IMG/VR virus record: IMGVR_UViG_3300042384_000288
Coordinates: 32,001-96,000 of that record
Reading direction: 5' to 3' (one strand)
DNA from: a virus
Length of the DNA: 64,000 bases
How positions within the stretch are numbered: position 1 is the first letter of the stretch; each line of letters opens with the position of its first letter. The notes beneath the pieces were generated by a model that saw only the letters and a list, made by a program, of their open reading frames with translations, had not been told where the DNA came from and ran no database searches. Shown here one piece after another: positions 1 to 13,218 of this stretch. Made by a program: the position numbers and the translations under genes.

Positions 1-2
1 CT

Positions 3-3000
3 ATTAGATTAGTCTGGGTAGATTTATTAGTCACACCTGAACCGTATCGAGCCGAGTTAGCATTAAATTATCCCTTAGGTATAGGAGAAAACTCATCTAA
101 CGCAGAATACATAACTATTAATCGCGCTAGTAGAGACCTAAATGCGTGGAGTCGCAATAATCGTTGGTTTCATAGGGACGTTATTGTTGCCACAGCAACT
201 TATAATAACACTGTTCCTCTAATAGATCAACGAAATCGTGCAAAACGACCAATCATTCAATTTGAATTAGATCTACAATTAGTCAACCAAGGAAGAATTG
301 GTAAACAAGCAGTTGATATCTTAGATCTGTTTACGTTGGATCCTTTTACTGAATTACAAGGCACAGTTGCGTTAACAGCATTTGGCACGACTTTAACCAA
401 CGGACTTCGTGTGCTGTTTGCAGGCGCAGTGGACCCTTTAGTAAAGAATAAAATTTATACTATAGAATTAGTACAATACGGATACGACACAGAGCTACGA
501 CAACCCTCAGGTGAATTTTACGTTAATTTAGTAATTGCTGAAGATGGAGCAAGTGAAGCATATGACACTGTGGTAATTACACAGGGAAGATTCAAAGGAA
601 CACAGTGGTATTTTGACGGTATTGACTGGAAAGAAAGTCAACAAAAAACAAATCTGCAACAAGCACCGTTATTTGACGTAGCAGATATCAATGGCAAAAG
701 TTTCACTGAATTTGAACGTACTACCTTTGCAGGTACTAAGTTATTTGGTTATGCAGAATCGTCTGCAGCTGTACTTGACCCAGTACTACAACTACCATTA
801 AGTTATAGAAACTTAGCTACTCAAGGAGAATTAGAGTTTAATACATTTTTTAATACTGATACCTTTAGTTATCTACTTGATGGAGTTTCTGTAACCAACG
901 CTGTATCTACCGGATTCGTGCAAAGAGTTATCAGTAGAGATGTACTAAGTCCTAAGAATACCTGGAGAACGGTAGTAGAAGATACTAAACAATATCAACT
1001 GATCGGATATAATGCAGACGGAATCAACAGTGCATTTACCTTAGACGTAAGAACTGCTCCTAGCCAATCAGTGCCGTATTTAAAAGTCTTTAAAAATTAT
1101 GTTTATCAAACAACAGATCGATGGATACTAATTGACAACACTGTTCGATTAGTACAAAGTTTAAATTTTACTGGTGACGGAGTTACTGCATCTTTTACAG
1201 TGGATAACACTCTCAACGGTATAATAGTTAGTATAGATGGAGTCTTGCAAACACCGAGTCTATTTGGTATTGCGGGCAATGTAGTTACTTTTGAAGTACC
1301 TCCTTCAAAAAATAGTATAATACTAATTAGAACTATACAACTTCCTACTATAAATGATAAAATTGATATTTTAATCTATAGTAAACAACCTAGCGAGTTT
1401 GGAGTCTATCAAATTCCGTTGAACTTAGAATTAAATGCAAGAAATACCAACATCGAATCAGTAACTTTAGGTCAGATGCGCAATCATTTAGTGGCTATGT
1501 CTCAAAATAGTACTACGCTAATCGGTGACCCATTGGGTATTAGTAATCTTCGAGATGTTGAGATTAAACAACAAGGCGGTACTATTTTACAAAACAGTGC
1601 ACCTGTTCCGCATGCGAGTCTTTTCCTACTAGATGAAAAAGCTAATTTTATCAATGCTCTTCGTCTTGCTCAACGCGAATATAGCAAATTTAAAAACAAA
1701 TTTTTAGGATTAGCTACAACGTTATCGGGTATTAATCCTACTGATCCTGTTGCTAGTGTAGACTTAATTCTAACCAGTATTAACAGTATTAAGAATACTA
1801 CATTCCCGTGGTATTACAGCGATATGGTACCGTACGGCACATTAAAAAATACAATTACATACACGGTATTTAATACGTTGGATAGTGATTACGAAATTAC
1901 AAATGTTTTTAATGATCAAAATCTAAGCAATCAAGCGGTATTAGTTTATCTAAATGATGTACAATTAACTAAAAATATTGATTATATATTCTTACAGGAT
2001 CGTCCCGCAGTTAGATTTATTGGCGCTACCTTAGAGGGTTTAGAAGTCGATGATATTATTCAGTTAGTTGAATACACTAATACTGATGGTAACTACATTC
2101 CAGAGACTCCAACAAAATTAGGATTATGGCCAAAATATGTTCCTCAGATATTTTTAGATGATACCTATAGACAACCGATTAATGTTCTCCAAGGACACGA
2201 CGGTAGTATTACTCCAACGTTTGGCGATTACCGAGATAATTTTTTATTAGAATTAGAGAAACGTATCTACAATAACATAAAAGTATTAGATACTGCTTAT
2301 GAAAATGTTGTTGACGTAGTTCCTGGAAAATTTAGAGAAACTGACTACAATCTGACAGAAATGACACAGATATTATCTCAAGGATTTTTAAATTGGGTAG
2401 GCAACAACAAAATTGATTTTAGCTCAAACGATTCATTTAGACCCAACGATGCTTTTACTTGGAACTATAATGCGTTTCCTGACAGAGTCGACGGTGAAAT
2501 ACTGCCAGGCAGCTGGCGTGCTTGTTATCAATATTTTTATGATACTTTCCGCCCTCACTTAACACCTTGGGAAATGTTAGGATTTTCTGAAAAACCCGAT
2601 TGGTGGGAGGAATTCTACGGACCGGCACCATATACCGGCAGCAACAAATTGCTATGGGACGACCTAGAAGCTGGACGTATTCGCGAAGGCAAGAGATCAT
2701 TGATTGATCTAGGGCTGGGATTAGGTATAGATCCACGTTATGCTCGTCCGGGATTATCTGCATTAATACCAGTAGATGAAAACGGACAATTATTAAGCCC
2801 AGTGGCAGCAATAACTGGAGCATATAAATCTAATAGAGCAGGAGGTAGCTGGACTGTAGGTCAATATGGGCCTGTAGAGTATGCTTGGCGCACAAGTAGT
2901 GACTATCCATTTGCAATGCAAAGGGCTGCGGCCTTGGCTAAACCAGGCAGATATTTTGGTTTATTAGCAGATGCGTTTAATTACTATTACGACGAGACGT

Positions 3001-6000
3001 TAGATCAATATTTAACAAGAGGTACTAATAGACATATAACTCAATTTGACATAAATTACAACGGTAACTCTATCAACGGTCGTGTCTACAGAAGTGCAGG
3101 CTGGATAAACTGGGTAGCTGATTATTTGGTCAATCAAGGAATAAATCCTGCATCTGAAATACTTACAAAAATACAAAATTATGAAATTAAACTGTCATAT
3201 AAAACTGCAGGCTTTACCGATCAAAAATATCTTCAGATATTAGCAGAACAAGTAAGTCCAAGCAGTTTTGGTGACAGTATTGCAATACCTAACGAAAATT
3301 ATCAAGTTCATTTGTATAAATCGACTCCTGTTAACACGCTTCGTTATAGTGCAGTTATTGTTGAAAAAACATCCAATGGATATACTGTCAGAGGATATGA
3401 TTTAAATAATCCATTCTTTGTAATAATACCTAGTCAGGCAAATAATAATGCTACTAGAATCAATGTACTGAATAGTAGTGCTTCTATCTATAATAATTTT
3501 CAAAATCTTAGATTAACTGTGCCTTACGGTTATGAATTTACTACACAACAACAAATAGTTGACTTTCTGATTGGATATGAAAGAAATCTAAAAGGCAGAG
3601 GATTCACATTCGAAGAATTAGACAATCAACTAGGACAGGTTAAGAGTTTTAGATTAAGCGCAGAAGAATTTTTGTTTTGGGCACAACAGGGATGGAAGGC
3701 AGGTAGTATATTAGTGTTAAGCCCGGTAATTAATACTGTTCGAGCTACAACTATAAGCGGAATTACAGATGGAATCACGGATAGTCAATACGGTAGCAAA
3801 GTATTAGATGTTAATTTCCAAATGGTTAAAAATAATAATTATGATGTAATGCGATCAGCAACAGAATTTAAACTAACACTAACTGGTGACGGTGCAGTTG
3901 TGGGTTATTTAGAAGTTGATGTAGTACAATATGAACATGTATTAATCTTTGACAATAATACTGTGTTCAACGATGTTATTTATGAACCAGAGTCCGGTAG
4001 TCGTCAGTACAGACTTAGATTAATTGGACAAAAAACAGGTGCCTGGGATGGTAGTCTGTATGCTCCGGGATTTATATATAATTCGGGTGTAGTTGATTTA
4101 TGGAATCAAGGTAAGGATTATCTCAAAGGTGATCTAGTAGAATTTAAAAATCAATATTATGTTGCATTGGAAAATATTATTGCAGCTCCAGAATTTCAAT
4201 TTGGATTGTGGCAAATTATTGCGTCTAGTGAAATTAAAAAAGGACTTTTACCAAACTTTAGTACGCTGGCCAGTGCTGCAGAAGACTACTACGACAGTTA
4301 CGGTAGTATCAAAGATAAAAACCAAATACAACAAAGTCATAGCCTAATAGGATTCAAACCAAGACAGTATTTGAGTGATCTGGGACTAAGTGAAACTAGT
4401 CAAATTGAATTTTACAAGGGATTTATCAATCAAAAAGGTAGTGCAAATGCAGTAAACCAACTGCTTAATGCAGTGTTTAACAACTTAAACAGTAACATTG
4501 AATTCTATGAAGAATGGGCAGTGCGAGTAGGTGAATACGGAGCACTACAAAGTAATCCTTATGTGGAAATACCGTTAGCTGAAAATGAATACTCAGCTAA
4601 TCCTGCAATTGCACGTTTTGTTGCTGGCGCACAGTTTAACGACGGCGACGGTATATCGGTATTTAACGAAACTCAATTGTACAAATCCGAAGGAGTGTTT
4701 ACTGCTAGTATTGCATTAAATCGTACAAGTGCTAGTAACTATGACAACGATATTACCACTGCAGGTTACGTGAATATCAATGATGTTGACCTAACAATAT
4801 TCGATCTAGCCAACTACCAAAACATAGCGGGCGAAAATAGTCTAGATCGAATTGGTAGTGGGTTTACCATCTGGTGCGCCAAAGATTTCCAACAACGCTG
4901 GAACGTTTATCGTGTTACAGAAACAAGAAATACAGTACTAAGTGTAACTAATAGTTTAGATGGATTTATTACATTTACAACAAAATTGCCACACAAATTA
5001 ATTTTAGACGAAATATTTGTTATTAAGAGTTTTGATCCGGCATTTGATGGTTTTTATCAAGTGCGCACTGTTGTAAGTCTAACAGAGATTATGGTTCAAT
5101 ATACCGGAGATACTGCAGATCTAACTACGTTAGAAGGTGATGGACTACTGTTTGTTTTAGACAGTCTACGTTTCCAATACATGGAAGATGCACGTAAATA
5201 TCTTCCGCCGCACGGTTGGCAAGTGGGAGAAAAGATTTGGATTGATGAAGATGCAGCTACTAACTTAATACAAGGGCAACCTATTGCAACTCCAAATAAC
5301 ACATGGAAAGTTTATGAAAAAACGAGACCATGGAACGTAACTCAAGATTTAGATCGCATATCTACATTTGACAATGCCAACGGATTTGGTACTAGTATCA
5401 AAATGACGCAGGATAATCGAGTGATTGTCAGTGGAGCACCTTATCAAAATCTCGGAGTAGGTATAGTAAATACATTCTTGAAAGATAGTCAAGACAATTT
5501 CAATGAGGGGTTTGTTGTTGCTCCGGATACTGGCAACGCCACTGTTACCACAGCTAGCTTTGGATCAGTTGTAGATTTAGCACAGCTGAGAGGAATTACG
5601 TATCTAGCAGTAGGTGCCCCTCTAAGCAGCATCAATTCTAATACTAACATTGGGTTAGTGTATATCTATAAGAAAGACTCCAATGTAGCTGGATTTAGCA
5701 AAGCACAAGTGTTAGTAGGTATAGCAGGCCAAGATCAATTCGGTACAAGTTTAGCATTTAATCAAGATGGTAGTTGGTTATATGTAGGCGGAGTTGGAAA
5801 TAATGGTAAGGTTAGCTTATATGGTTTAAAACGTTTTGTTGAAAAAAATACCGGAATAGTAGTAGCTAGCTTAGGTAGTTCGACTGTAACAGTTCCGTTT
5901 GTTAGAGACCCTAATGTAAATTCAACTGATGCTAACAGTTTATTGATAACGTCATTTGGCAGAACATATATTCCGGTTATTGATTATACCGTTAATGGGC

Positions 6001-9000
6001 AAACAATAACGTTTAAAAATGCCTTTGCGGCAAATACAGAAATTACAGTAAGTCAAGGTCCGTACTATGCAATGTTAAATAACGGAGTGCCGTTGACACA
6101 TCCATTAGGTACAACTGGTACACAATATGGGTACGCACTGTCTAGCAGTTTTGACGGAGCACAACTTGCTGTAGGAGCTCCTAATGACACTGTGCAAGGC
6201 AAACTAGGCGCTGGTAGTGTTTGGGCATACGATCGATTAATTGAAGCGTTTAAGGCAGATGGTGGTATAGATTATGTAACTCAAAGCAATATAGCTGAAG
6301 TATACCGTGTTACAATCGAAGATGTTGAAGTAAATGATTACAAAATTATCGGAAGTAATACAGTAAGATTCCTTACTCCTCCACCGATTGGCAAAGTTAT
6401 TTTTGTTGAAACTAATCAATTTGTTTTATTAGAACGTATTACAGGCAAAGATGAGTTCATTCAAGCCAATGCTGCATTAGGTACTAGTTTAACAATTTGT
6501 TCAAACAATTGTGCGATTTATGTTGGTGCTCCATACTATGATAATGGAACAGCATACAACACTGGTGCAGTGTATAAATTCCACAATAGAGGTCGTTTAT
6601 ACGGAACCAATACTGGTACTACAGTAAACCCAACATTTACGCCAGGCGATAGTATTCGTTTAGATAACTTTGAAGTAACGGCAACAGGAACTACATTAGA
6701 TGATCTAGTTAATGATATTAATAATGCAGGTATTTTGGGTGTTAGTGCATTGAACGATCAAGGCAGACTAAGATTAAATTCTGATAAAACTGTAGCTAAA
6801 AACTTATTGCGTATGCTAGCAGGAACTGGTACAATATATGTTGATGCTGGTTTAGAAATTTTTGCACAAATGCAACTTATTACTAATCCATTTGATACTC
6901 CCGGTGAATACTTTGGTACTAAAGTTAAATTAGCAGCCAATGCCACCATGTTGGTAATTGGCAGTGGTCGCGGGACAACCAAAACATTCACTACATTAGA
7001 TAATGAAACAACAAATTTTGACTTTAACGCAACAGTATTCCGTGACGATATAGTAGGTAGTGGAAGTGTATACATTTACGAACTATACGATGATCCTCGA
7101 GATGCAGTTGAATATCCGGGTCGATATCAATACTGTCAACAGCTTAGTGTTATAAATCCACTACATCCTGATGACCCTGATTATAATCCGCAAGAAGGAT
7201 TAAATCCGGGCGACCAGTTTGGCTATGCGTTAGATATTGAAGGCACGTACATTATTATTAGTTCGCTAAAAGATAGTACTGCAGGCGCTAATGCAGGTGA
7301 TGTCTATGTGTTTAATAATCCTACAATGACTCGAGGATGGAATTTAATACATTACCAAGAAGAAACTGTAGATCCTGACAGTGTAAGTAGAATGTACTTG
7401 TACGATAGTACTGCTAGCACAATTTTAAGTAACCTACAATTTATCGATCCTGCCAAAGGACGTATCTTAGGGCAAGCAGAACAAGAAATTACATATAAAA
7501 CAGAATATGATCCTGCTCTGTATAATGCGGGAACAAATAACACAACCGACATTAATTCTCAACTCTATTGGGGAGCGAATCACGTTGGGCAAGTATGGTG
7601 GGATTTAAGTACTGTGCGTTTCATTGATTACGAACAGGGCACGTTAACATATCGTAGTATTAACTGGGGAGGAGTTTTTCCTGGCTCATCAATTGACGTT
7701 TACGAATGGGTAGAAAGTGATGTTATTCCTAGTCAATATGTTGAAAATGACGGAAACGGGATTCCTAAATTCGAAAATGACGGTGCGTATGTAGAAGAAA
7801 TATTTGTAGATCCTACAAGTAATATCATTTCTACTAGATATTATTTCTGGGTCAGAGACAAAACTATAGTAGATCCAAATAATCCTACACGTCGATTACC
7901 GATTCAATCAGTGGCTAGTATTATCGAAAATCCTAAAGCTCAAGGTATAGCCTACGGTGCGATCGTACGCAATGATGCAGTAATATTATATAATGTAACT
8001 CCGTTCTTAACAGCAGACGATACAGTATTGCATATCGATTATCAGAAAACTATTAACTCTAATATTATTCACAGTGAATATGAACTTATACAAAAAGGTA
8101 ATGCAAGTGCAATACTGCCTGCTAAAATAATCAATAAATTAGTAGATAGTTTAAGTGGTGTTGATGTTGAGGGTAACAGCGTACCAGATCCAACGCTGAG
8201 TCCTGCAGAACAATACGGTATAGGTGTACGCCCAAGACAAAGTATGTTTGTTAATCGTTTAGTTGCAGTAGCACAGTTAGTATCTTTTGTAAATGCAGTT
8301 TTTCAAGAAACTCCAATTACAGGCAATGCCGATCTTAGTGCTTTAAGTGCTGAGGATCCGCTACCTACTGACAAATTAGGCGAATACAATTTAAGAGTAG
8401 CAACTGATATTGAGTTAGCATACATCGATAGAGAACCATTGTCTGTGGGAACTATTGCGCTGGTCGAAAACGACACAACGCAGAGCGGATTGTGGGTATT
8501 ATATAGATTAGACGAAAACAGACAATGGGTAATTGATCGTGTTCAAAGTTACAAAAATAGTCTATACTGGGATTACGTTGACTGGTACGCTGTTGGATAT
8601 GATTCCTCAACGAAACCTACTTTTAGTGTGGACTCGGTTGTTGATGCATTAAAACAACCAGTTGCTGCAAATGATCTAATCAAAGTTAACAATGTAGGAA
8701 ACGGTCAGTGGCGCTTATTTTTAGTAGCGTTTAACGGAGCATTGATTACAGTTGGTATTCAAAATGGCACTATTCAACTTAATAGTGTGTTAGGTAACTA
8801 CGAAGACAATGGAATTGGTTATGGTAATCAAGGATTTGATCTAAGTAGGCATGACCAAAGTCCTAATACTGAAATCCGTGGTATTATTATTGCTATTATT
8901 GAAACAATTTTTGTTGGAGATCTAGCTGGTAAAGTGAATGAATTGTTCTTTACCCTAATTAATTATCTGTTAACTGAACAACCTTATGTAGACTGGTTAT

Positions 9001-11276
9001 TTAAGAGCAGTTTTATTAGTGTGAAACATCAATTGAGAACATTGAGTCAATTCCCTAGCTATGTTCGAGATAATCAAACATACTACCAAGATTATATCAA
9101 CGAAGTTAAACCTTATAGAACTAAAATTCGAGAATATTTAATTAACTATACTGGATCCGACGAATTTGAGGGTAGTATTACTGACTTTGATTTACCTGCA
9201 TATTATGACAGATCTTTAGGGCTGTTCCGTAGCCCAAGCGGTGAACAAGTGGTAGCTGACTTAGCAAGATGGCAGACACAACCGTATAATGAGTGGTATA
9301 ATAATCGTGCATTAGAAATTAGTAGTATTGTAGTAAGCACCGCAGGTGCAGGATACACTACTCCACCAGTAGTTACTATTACTGGAGGTGGTGGCGTAGG
9401 TGCCACAGCCGAAGCTGTTATTGATGGCAACAACGGATCAGTGATCGGTATTACTGTAACAAACAGCGGTGGTGGATATTCAACCACCCCTACTATCAAT
9501 CTTAACGGTAGTGCAACTACTACTGCTGAAGCTGTTCCGGTTATGGCTAATAGACTCATAAGAAGTTTTGACACTCGTATTAAATTTGATAGAATAACTT
9601 ATCATACTACAATAAAAGAGTGGGCAGCTAACACCGCATATCGTGCAGGAGACATAGTCGCGCACTCGCAATTAGATGGCAATAAGTCTATTAGAAAAGC
9701 ATATACTGTAAATGTAGACATTATCACAGGTACAACTTTTGTAGCAACAGACTACACAGTATACGGTGCCGGCGAATTTAGTACAGCCAATGATCGCATA
9801 TTAGGTTATTACGAGCCAAGAGATACAATGCCGGCTATAGAAACAATTACACGATCTATAGATGTAGTGCAAGATGTTACTAACGCAAATATTATGTTTG
9901 TGACAGCTTTACCAGGTCTACGTAGAGATATGACTATCAGCGGAAGTGGTGCTAATGCAGCAACTATCACTGAAGTGGTATCAGGTGTGTTATTATTAAG
10001 CGGAAACATAACAGCTAATATTGGTAATTACCTAACACAAACAAGATTTTCAAATACATATATCAATACTGGAAATGTTAGCACTTCAAAATGGGCTAAT
10101 GTTGTTGCTACAGCTAATGTACAAATTACTGCAGAATTCCCTACAACATATGGCAACATAACTAATGCATATCGTGTAAGTTCTTATATTACTGAGCACG
10201 AATTTGATTTTGCTAATGTTGTTACTATAGTTGATACAACAACATTACCAGAGTCAACAGTAACTATTACATCAGTTTACCCTGTGGCCAACGACGTAAT
10301 CGCGGTACAACTTGATAGAGAACAAACTCAAGATTCGGGCAACATAATAACTGCAACTTACAAAAATCTAAGTCAATTAGTATCTGATTTAGAGTATCCT
10401 GGAGTTCAATTACAAGGAAGTCAATTTGTACAAGGACCAGGATACGATGCACCGTTTGGCAGCGTATTTGACAATATAGATTATAACAGTGACGGAACTC
10501 CGTTGCTAAGTGAAGCATCATTAGATTCTGTAATCCGTAGTACATATTCGGACTTGTTATTAGGCACCCGTGCGGAAGATATTAATATAGAAGGTGGAGA
10601 ATATGTTGATACGTACTCAAGCCATGCGCCAGAAGAACTAGTACCGGGGCGAGTATATGACGCATTGGATATGCAGATATATACAAAAATTAATGGTAAT
10701 ACAGAAGTTTTGGGATATCGCGTATTTACAAACATGCTAGACTATGTAACGTATACACGAATAGCAGATGCGCATTCAACAACACTAACGCAGGTATTAC
10801 TACCAACAGATACAGAAATTCATGTAGATGATGCTACCGTTTTAATGGAGCCAAATCCAGCAGCAAACTTACCCGGTATAGTGTTTATTGGTTGCGAAAG
10901 AATTGTCTACTATAGAATTAACAGAACTACTAACGTAATTGGCCTTATTCGTCGAGGCACACACGGTACGGCAATTATGCCAATACATGGCATAGGTGCA
11001 CGTGTAATTGACAGTGGACAAACACAGCATATACCTACAATAACAGTTGGCACAAATAACGCTAATGTTAGTGTTTGGTTTAACAGTGGAGCAAACGTTG
11101 CCACCGACGGTACTGGCTTCGAAGGTTCGACAACTGAGGCTGTTAATTTCTTAAAAGCCGCTACCGCAGGAAATGTACAAATAGCAACCGTTTCTGAGAT
11201 GATTATCACCGAGGATGCGGTAAATACATTAACGACTGAAGACGGCCAGATACTCATTGAGGAAGACCAAGCATGA
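3..11276 (+). CDS. Giant virion structural protein (baseplate wedge/tail-associated), 5'-truncated by the window edge, >3750 aa
   Basis: The frame is open from nt 3 (IRLVWVDLL...[25 protein letters not shown]), so the 336 start is artefactual. It contains about 7 FG-GAP-like repeats, [17 protein letters not shown] baseplate-type repeats and W-x-x-x-x-x-Y-x-x-GD-x-V modules. It precedes fibre genes. Confidence 0.8.
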   Translation: MRLVWVDLLVTPEPYRAELALNYPLGIGENSSNAEYITINRASRDLNAWSRNNRWFHRDVIVATATYNNTVPLIDQRNRAKRPIIQFELDLQLVNQGRIGKQAVDILDLFTLDPFTELQGTVALTAFGTTLTNGLRVLFAGAVDPLVKNKIYTIELVQYGYDTELRQPSGEFYVNLVIAEDGASEAYDTVVITQGRFKGTQWYFDGIDWKESQQKTNLQQAPLFDVADINGKSFTEFERTTFAGTKLFGYAESSAAVLDPVLQLPLSYRNLATQGELEFNTFFNTDTFSYLLDGVSVTNAVSTGFVQRVISRDVLSPKNTWRTVVEDTKQYQLIGYNADGINSAFTLDVRTAPSQSVPYLKVFKNYVYQTTDRWILIDNTVRLVQSLNFTGDGVTASFTVDNTLNGIIVSIDGVLQTPSLFGIAGNVVTFEVPPSKNSIILIRTIQLPTINDKIDILIYSKQPSEFGVYQIPLNLELNARNTNIESVTLGQMRNHLVAMSQNSTTLIGDPLGISNLRDVEIKQQGGTILQNSAPVPHASLFLLDEKANFINALRLAQREYSKFKNKFLGLATTLSGINPTDPVASVDLILTSINSIKNTTFPWYYSDMVPYGTLKNTITYTVFNTLDSDYEITNVFNDQNLSNQAVLVYLNDVQLTKNIDYIFLQDRPAVRFIGATLEGLEVDDIIQLVEYTNTDGNYIPETPTKLGLWPKYVPQIFLDDTYRQPINVLQGHDGSITPTFGDYRDNFLLELEKRIYNNIKVLDTAYENVVDVVPGKFRETDYNLTEMTQILSQGFLNWVGNNKIDFSSNDSFRPNDAFTWNYNAFPDRVDGEILPGSWRACYQYFYDTFRPHLTPWEMLGFSEKPDWWEEFYGPAPYTGSNKLLWDDLEAGRIREGKRSLIDLGLGLGIDPRYARPGLSALIPVDENGQLLSPVAAITGAYKSNRAGGSWTVGQYGPVEYAWRTSSDYPFAMQRAAALAKPGRYFGLLADAFNYYYDETLDQYLTRGTNRHITQFDINYNGNSINGRVYRSAGWINWVADYLVNQGINPASEILTKIQNYEIKLSYKTAGFTDQKYLQILAEQVSPSSFGDSIAIPNENYQVHLYKSTPVNTLRYSAVIVEKTSNGYTVRGYDLNNPFFVIIPSQANNNATRINVLNSSASIYNNFQNLRLTVPYGYEFTTQQQIVDFLIGYERNLKGRGFTFEELDNQLGQVKSFRLSAEEFLFWAQQGWKAGSILVLSPVINTVRATTISGITDGITDSQYGSKVLDVNFQMVKNNNYDVMRSATEFKLTLTGDGAVVGYLEVDVVQYEHVLIFDNNTVFNDVIYEPESGSRQYRLRLIGQKTGAWDGSLYAPGFIYNSGVVDLWNQGKDYLKGDLVEFKNQYYVALENIIAAPEFQFGLWQIIASSEIKKGLLPNFSTLASAAEDYYDSYGSIKDKNQIQQSHSLIGFKPRQYLSDLGLSETSQIEFYKGFINQKGSANAVNQLLNAVFNNLNSNIEFYEEWAVRVGEYGALQSNPYVEIPLAENEYSANPAIARFVAGAQFNDGDGISVFNETQLYKSEGVFTASIALNRTSASNYDNDITTAGYVNINDVDLTIFDLANYQNIAGENSLDRIGSGFTIWCAKDFQQRWNVYRVTETRNTVLSVTNSLDGFITFTTKLPHKLILDEIFVIKSFDPAFDGFYQVRTVVSLTEIMVQYTGDTADLTTLEGDGLLFVLDSLRFQYMEDARKYLPPHGWQVGEKIWIDEDAATNLIQGQPIATPNNTWKVYEKTRPWNVTQDLDRISTFDNANGFGTSIKMTQDNRVIVSGAPYQNLGVGIVNTFLKDSQDNFNEGFVVAPDTGNATVTTASFGSVVDLAQLRGITYLAVGAPLSSINSNTNIGLVYIYKKDSNVAGFSKAQVLVGIAGQDQFGTSLAFNQDGSWLYVGGVGNNGKVSLYGLKRFVEKNTGIVVASLGSSTVTVPFVRDPNVNSTDANSLLITSFGRTYIPVIDYTVNGQTITFKNAFAANTEITVSQGPYYAMLNNGVPLTHPLGTTGTQYGYALSSSFDGAQLAVGAPNDTVQGKLGAGSVWAYDRLIEAFKADGGIDYVTQSNIAEVYRVTIEDVEVNDYKIIGSNTVRFLTPPPIGKVIFVETNQFVLLERITGKDEFIQANAALGTSLTICSNNCAIYVGAPYYDNGTAYNTGAVYKFHNRGRLYGTNTGTTVNPTFTPGDSIRLDNFEVTATGTTLDDLVNDINNAGILGVSALNDQGRLRLNSDKTVAKNLLRMLAGTGTIYVDAGLEIFAQMQLITNPFDTPGEYFGTKVKLAANATMLVIGSGRGTTKTFTTLDNETTNFDFNATVFRDDIVGSGSVYIYELYDDPRDAVEYPGRYQYCQQLSVINPLHPDDPDYNPQEGLNPGDQFGYALDIEGTYIIISSLKDSTAGANAGDVYVFNNPTMTRGWNLIHYQEETVDPDSVSRMYLYDSTASTILSNLQFIDPAKGRILGQAEQEITYKTEYDPALYNAGTNNTTDINSQLYWGANHVGQVWWDLSTVRFIDYEQGTLTYRSINWGGVFPGSSIDVYEWVESDVIPSQYVENDGNGIPKFENDGAYVEEIFVDPTSNIISTRYYFWVRDKTIVDPNNPTRRLPIQSVASIIENPKAQGIAYGAIVRNDAVILYNVTPFLTADDTVLHIDYQKTINSNIIHSEYELIQKGNASAILPAKIINKLVDSLSGVDVEGNSVPDPTLSPAEQYGIGVRPRQSMFVNRLVAVAQLVSFVNAVFQETPITGNADLSALSAEDPLPTDKLGEYNLRVATDIELAYIDREPLSVGTIALVENDTTQSGLWVLYRLDENRQWVIDRVQSYKNSLYWDYVDWYAVGYDSSTKPTFSVDSVVDALKQPVAANDLIKVNNVGNGQWRLFLVAFNGALITVGIQNGTIQLNSVLGNYEDNGIGYGNQGFDLSRHDQSPNTEIRGIIIAIIETIFVGDLAGKVNELFFTLINYLLTEQPYVDWLFKSSFISVKHQLRTLSQFPSYVRDNQTYYQDYINEVKPYRTKIREYLINYTGSDEFEGSITDFDLPAYYDRSLGLFRSPSGEQVVADLARWQTQPYNEWYNNRALEISSIVVSTAGAGYTTPPVVTITGGGGVGATAEAVIDGNNGSVIGITVTNSGGGYSTTPTINLNGSATTTAEAVPVMANRLIRSFDTRIKFDRITYHTTIKEWAANTAYRAGDIVAHSQLDGNKSIRKAYTVNVDIITGTTFVATDYTVYGAGEFSTANDRILGYYEPRDTMPAIETITRSIDVVQDVTNANIMFVTALPGLRRDMTISGSGANAATITEVVSGVLLLSGNITANIGNYLTQTRFSNTYINTGNVSTSKWANVVATANVQITAEFPTTYGNITNAYRVSSYITEHEFDFANVVTIVDTTTLPESTVTITSVYPVANDVIAVQLDREQTQDSGNIITATYKNLSQLVSDLEYPGVQLQGSQFVQGPGYDAPFGSVFDNIDYNSDGTPLLSEASLDSVIRSTYSDLLLGTRAEDINIEGGEYVDTYSSHAPEELVPGRVYDALDMQIYTKINGNTEVLGYRVFTNMLDYVTYTRIADAHSTTLTQVLLPTDTEIHVDDATVLMEPNPAANLPGIVFIGCERIVYYRINRTTNVIGLIRRGTHGTAIMPIHGIGARVIDSGQTQHIPTITVGTNNANVSVWFNSGANVATDGTGFEGSTTEAVNFLKAATAGNVQIATVSEMIITEDAVNTLTTEDGQILIEEDQA

Positions 11277-12394
11277 CAATAAAAATTAGCGAATTAAGCA
11301 GTTTAACCACGGTACAGGGCAATGTACAAATACCGTTGGTTGCCAACGTCGCAGGAACACTAACTACAGTTAGGGGAAATGTTGCCCAACTAACTGACTA
11401 CATATTAGGTACCTCTGGTATTGACTATGCTAATATTATAGCTAATGCAGCAACGCAGGCAGGGCAAATTTCTAATCTGACTAGTAATGCTGCAGTACAG
11501 TCGGGGCTGATAGCAGAACTACAAAGTAATGTAACAATATTACAGGGTGATATTATTACACTAACAGCCAATGCGGCTACACAGTCAGGTGAACTAGCAA
11601 CACTAACAGCCAATGCGGCTACACAGTCAGGTGAACTAGCAACACTAACAGCCAATGCGGCTACACAGTCAGGTGAGCTAGCAACACTAACAGCCAATGC
11701 GGCTACACAATCAGGTGAGCTAGCAACACTAACAGCCAATGCGGCAGTGCAATCAGGTGAGCTAGCAACACTAACAGCCAATGCGGCTACACAGTCAGGT
11801 GAGCTAGCAACACTAACAGCCAATGCGGCTACACAGTCAGGTGAGCTAGCAACACTAACAGCCAATGCGGCAGTTCAATCTGGATTACTAACAGACTTAT
11901 TAGCTAATGCGTCAGAGCAAACTACGGAAATAACTTCAGTAACCGCAAATGTTGCAATATTGCAAAGTAACGTAGCTACTTTATTTGTTAATGCTTCTAC
12001 ATTGGCCAACGTAGCCTCTAGTGGTGACTATAATGATCTGATTAATTCTCCTACGTTAAGCAATGTGGCAATCAGTGGTGACTATAATGATCTGATTAAT
12101 TCTCCTACGTTAAGCAACGTAGCCTCTAGTGGTAACTATAATGATCTGATTAATTCTCCTATATTAAGCAACGTAGCCTCTAGTGGTAACTATGATGATT
12201 TATTTAATTCTCCTATATTAAGCAATGTAGCAATCAGTGGTGACTATAATGATCTGATTAATTTACCAAATCTAGAGGCTATTACTAATTTTGTTCCAGG
12301 CAACGTCGAACATTGGACTGACTTCATCACTACGATTTTTGACGCAGTTAATAATCTAGCGCAACGTGTATCGGATTTAGAAAATCCAACATAA
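11273..12394 (+). CDS. Tandem-repeat fibre/structural protein
   Basis: ATGA overlap with the giant gene. N-terminal IKISEL motif, 14-aa coiled-coil-like repeats and 18-aa SGxYNDLxNxP repeats typical of phage fibres. Confidence 0.7.
   Translation: MTIKISELSSLTTVQGNVQIPLVANVAGTLTTVRGNVAQLTDYILGTSGIDYANIIANAATQAGQISNLTSNAAVQSGLIAELQSNVTILQGDIITLTANAATQSGELATLTANAATQSGELATLTANAATQSGELATLTANAATQSGELATLTANAAVQSGELATLTANAATQSGELATLTANAATQSGELATLTANAAVQSGLLTDLLANASEQTTEITSVTANVAILQSNVATLFVNASTLANVASSGDYNDLINSPTLSNVAISGDYNDLINSPTLSNVASSGNYNDLINSPILSNVASSGNYDDLFNSPILSNVAISGDYNDLINLPNLEAITNFVPGNVEHWTDFITTIFDAVNNLAQRVSDLENPT
11558..11884 (+). repeat. 42-bp in-frame tandem repeat, about 8 units ([14 protein letters not shown])
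   Basis: acactaacagccaatgcggctacacagtcaggtgaactagca occurs 7 times plus a partial copy, with few substitutions. Confidence 0.95.
12008..12274 (+). repeat. 54-bp in-frame tandem repeat, 5 units ([18 protein letters not shown])
   Basis: Visible directly in both DNA and protein. Confidence 0.9.
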
Positions 12395-12409
12395 AATAGA
12401 GGCAAAAAC

Positions 12410-12577
12410 TTGACAACAAACACGATAAATAATACTATTGAAGAAAATAAACAACAATCTGAGATTCAACAACCTCAAACGAAACAGCCAGATGAGCGTA
12501 GTGGGATTCATGTACAGGGGCATATAAAAATATTTGACCCACAAACAAAAGAAGTTTTCGTAAACGGACGAGCATAA
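12410..12577 (+). CDS. Small protein (up to 55 aa) missed by the ORF track; its C-terminus is paralogous to the N-terminus of the next gene
   Basis: TTG start after AGAGG, or an in-frame ATT at 12437 just after ATAAATA. Ends ...PDERSGIHVQGHIKIFDPQTKEVFVNGRA*, with the stop 1 nt before the next ATG. Confidence 0.7.
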   Translation: MTTNTINNTIEENKQQSEIQQPQTKQPDERSGIHVQGHIKIFDPQTKEVFVNGRA

Positions 12578-12578
12578 T

Positions 12579-13205
12579 ATGAGTTTAACAATGAATTTAG
12601 ACGTTATTGGAATGGTAAAGATTTTTGATCCTAAAACAAACGAAGTGTTTGTGGACAAGAAAAATGCCATCCACTACGAAAATATGAGTAAGGCTATTGC
12701 TAATTGTTTAGGAAACAAAAATACTGAACCTGGATTCGGCGGATTTATTACAGAAATGCATTTTGGCAACGGCGGCACCACAGTTGACCCTACTGGAGTT
12801 ATCACATACTTGCCTACTAATACTAATGTGCAGAGTGCAGATTTGTACAGTCCTACATACTATAAAATTGTAGATAATACCAGTGCCGCAAATAGCGACA
12901 AAGCAAGAAATAAAATAGAAATTAGTCATATTGCAGGATTGATTTACACTGACATTATTGTTAGTTGTTTACTAGACTACGGTGAGCCAGCAGGGCAAGC
13001 TGTGTTTGACAATAGCCAAGATTTGAGTGGCGAGTTTATTTTCGACGAGTTAGGATTAAAAGGGTTTAGTAACGACGGAGAAGGACTTGGTCCTTTACTC
13101 ACTCACGTTATCTTTAGTCCAGTGCAAAAATCATTGAATAGATTGATTCAAATTGATTACACAGTGCGTATACAGACACTGACGAATTTAAGTACAAACG
13201 CATAA
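12579..13205 (+). CDS. Putative baseplate/virion structural protein
   Basis: Lies in the structural block. C-terminal FDELGL...LLTHVIFSPVQKSLNR-x-IQIDYTVRI motif resembles tail-collar/baseplate proteins. Confidence 0.6.
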   Translation: MSLTMNLDVIGMVKIFDPKTNEVFVDKKNAIHYENMSKAIANCLGNKNTEPGFGGFITEMHFGNGGTTVDPTGVITYLPTNTNVQSADLYSPTYYKIVDNTSAANSDKARNKIEISHIAGLIYTDIIVSCLLDYGEPAGQAVFDNSQDLSGEFIFDELGLKGFSNDGEGLGPLLTHVIFSPVQKSLNRLIQIDYTVRIQTLTNLSTNA

Positions 13206-13218
13206 TTAGGATAATAAG

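Noticed and set aside
336-338. TTG at 336 as the start of the giant gene
   Set aside because: The frame is open and protein-like back to the window edge.
11558-12274. Regularly spaced repeats as a CRISPR array
   Set aside because: Units are contiguous, in-frame multiples of 3 with no unique spacers, and no cas genes are present.
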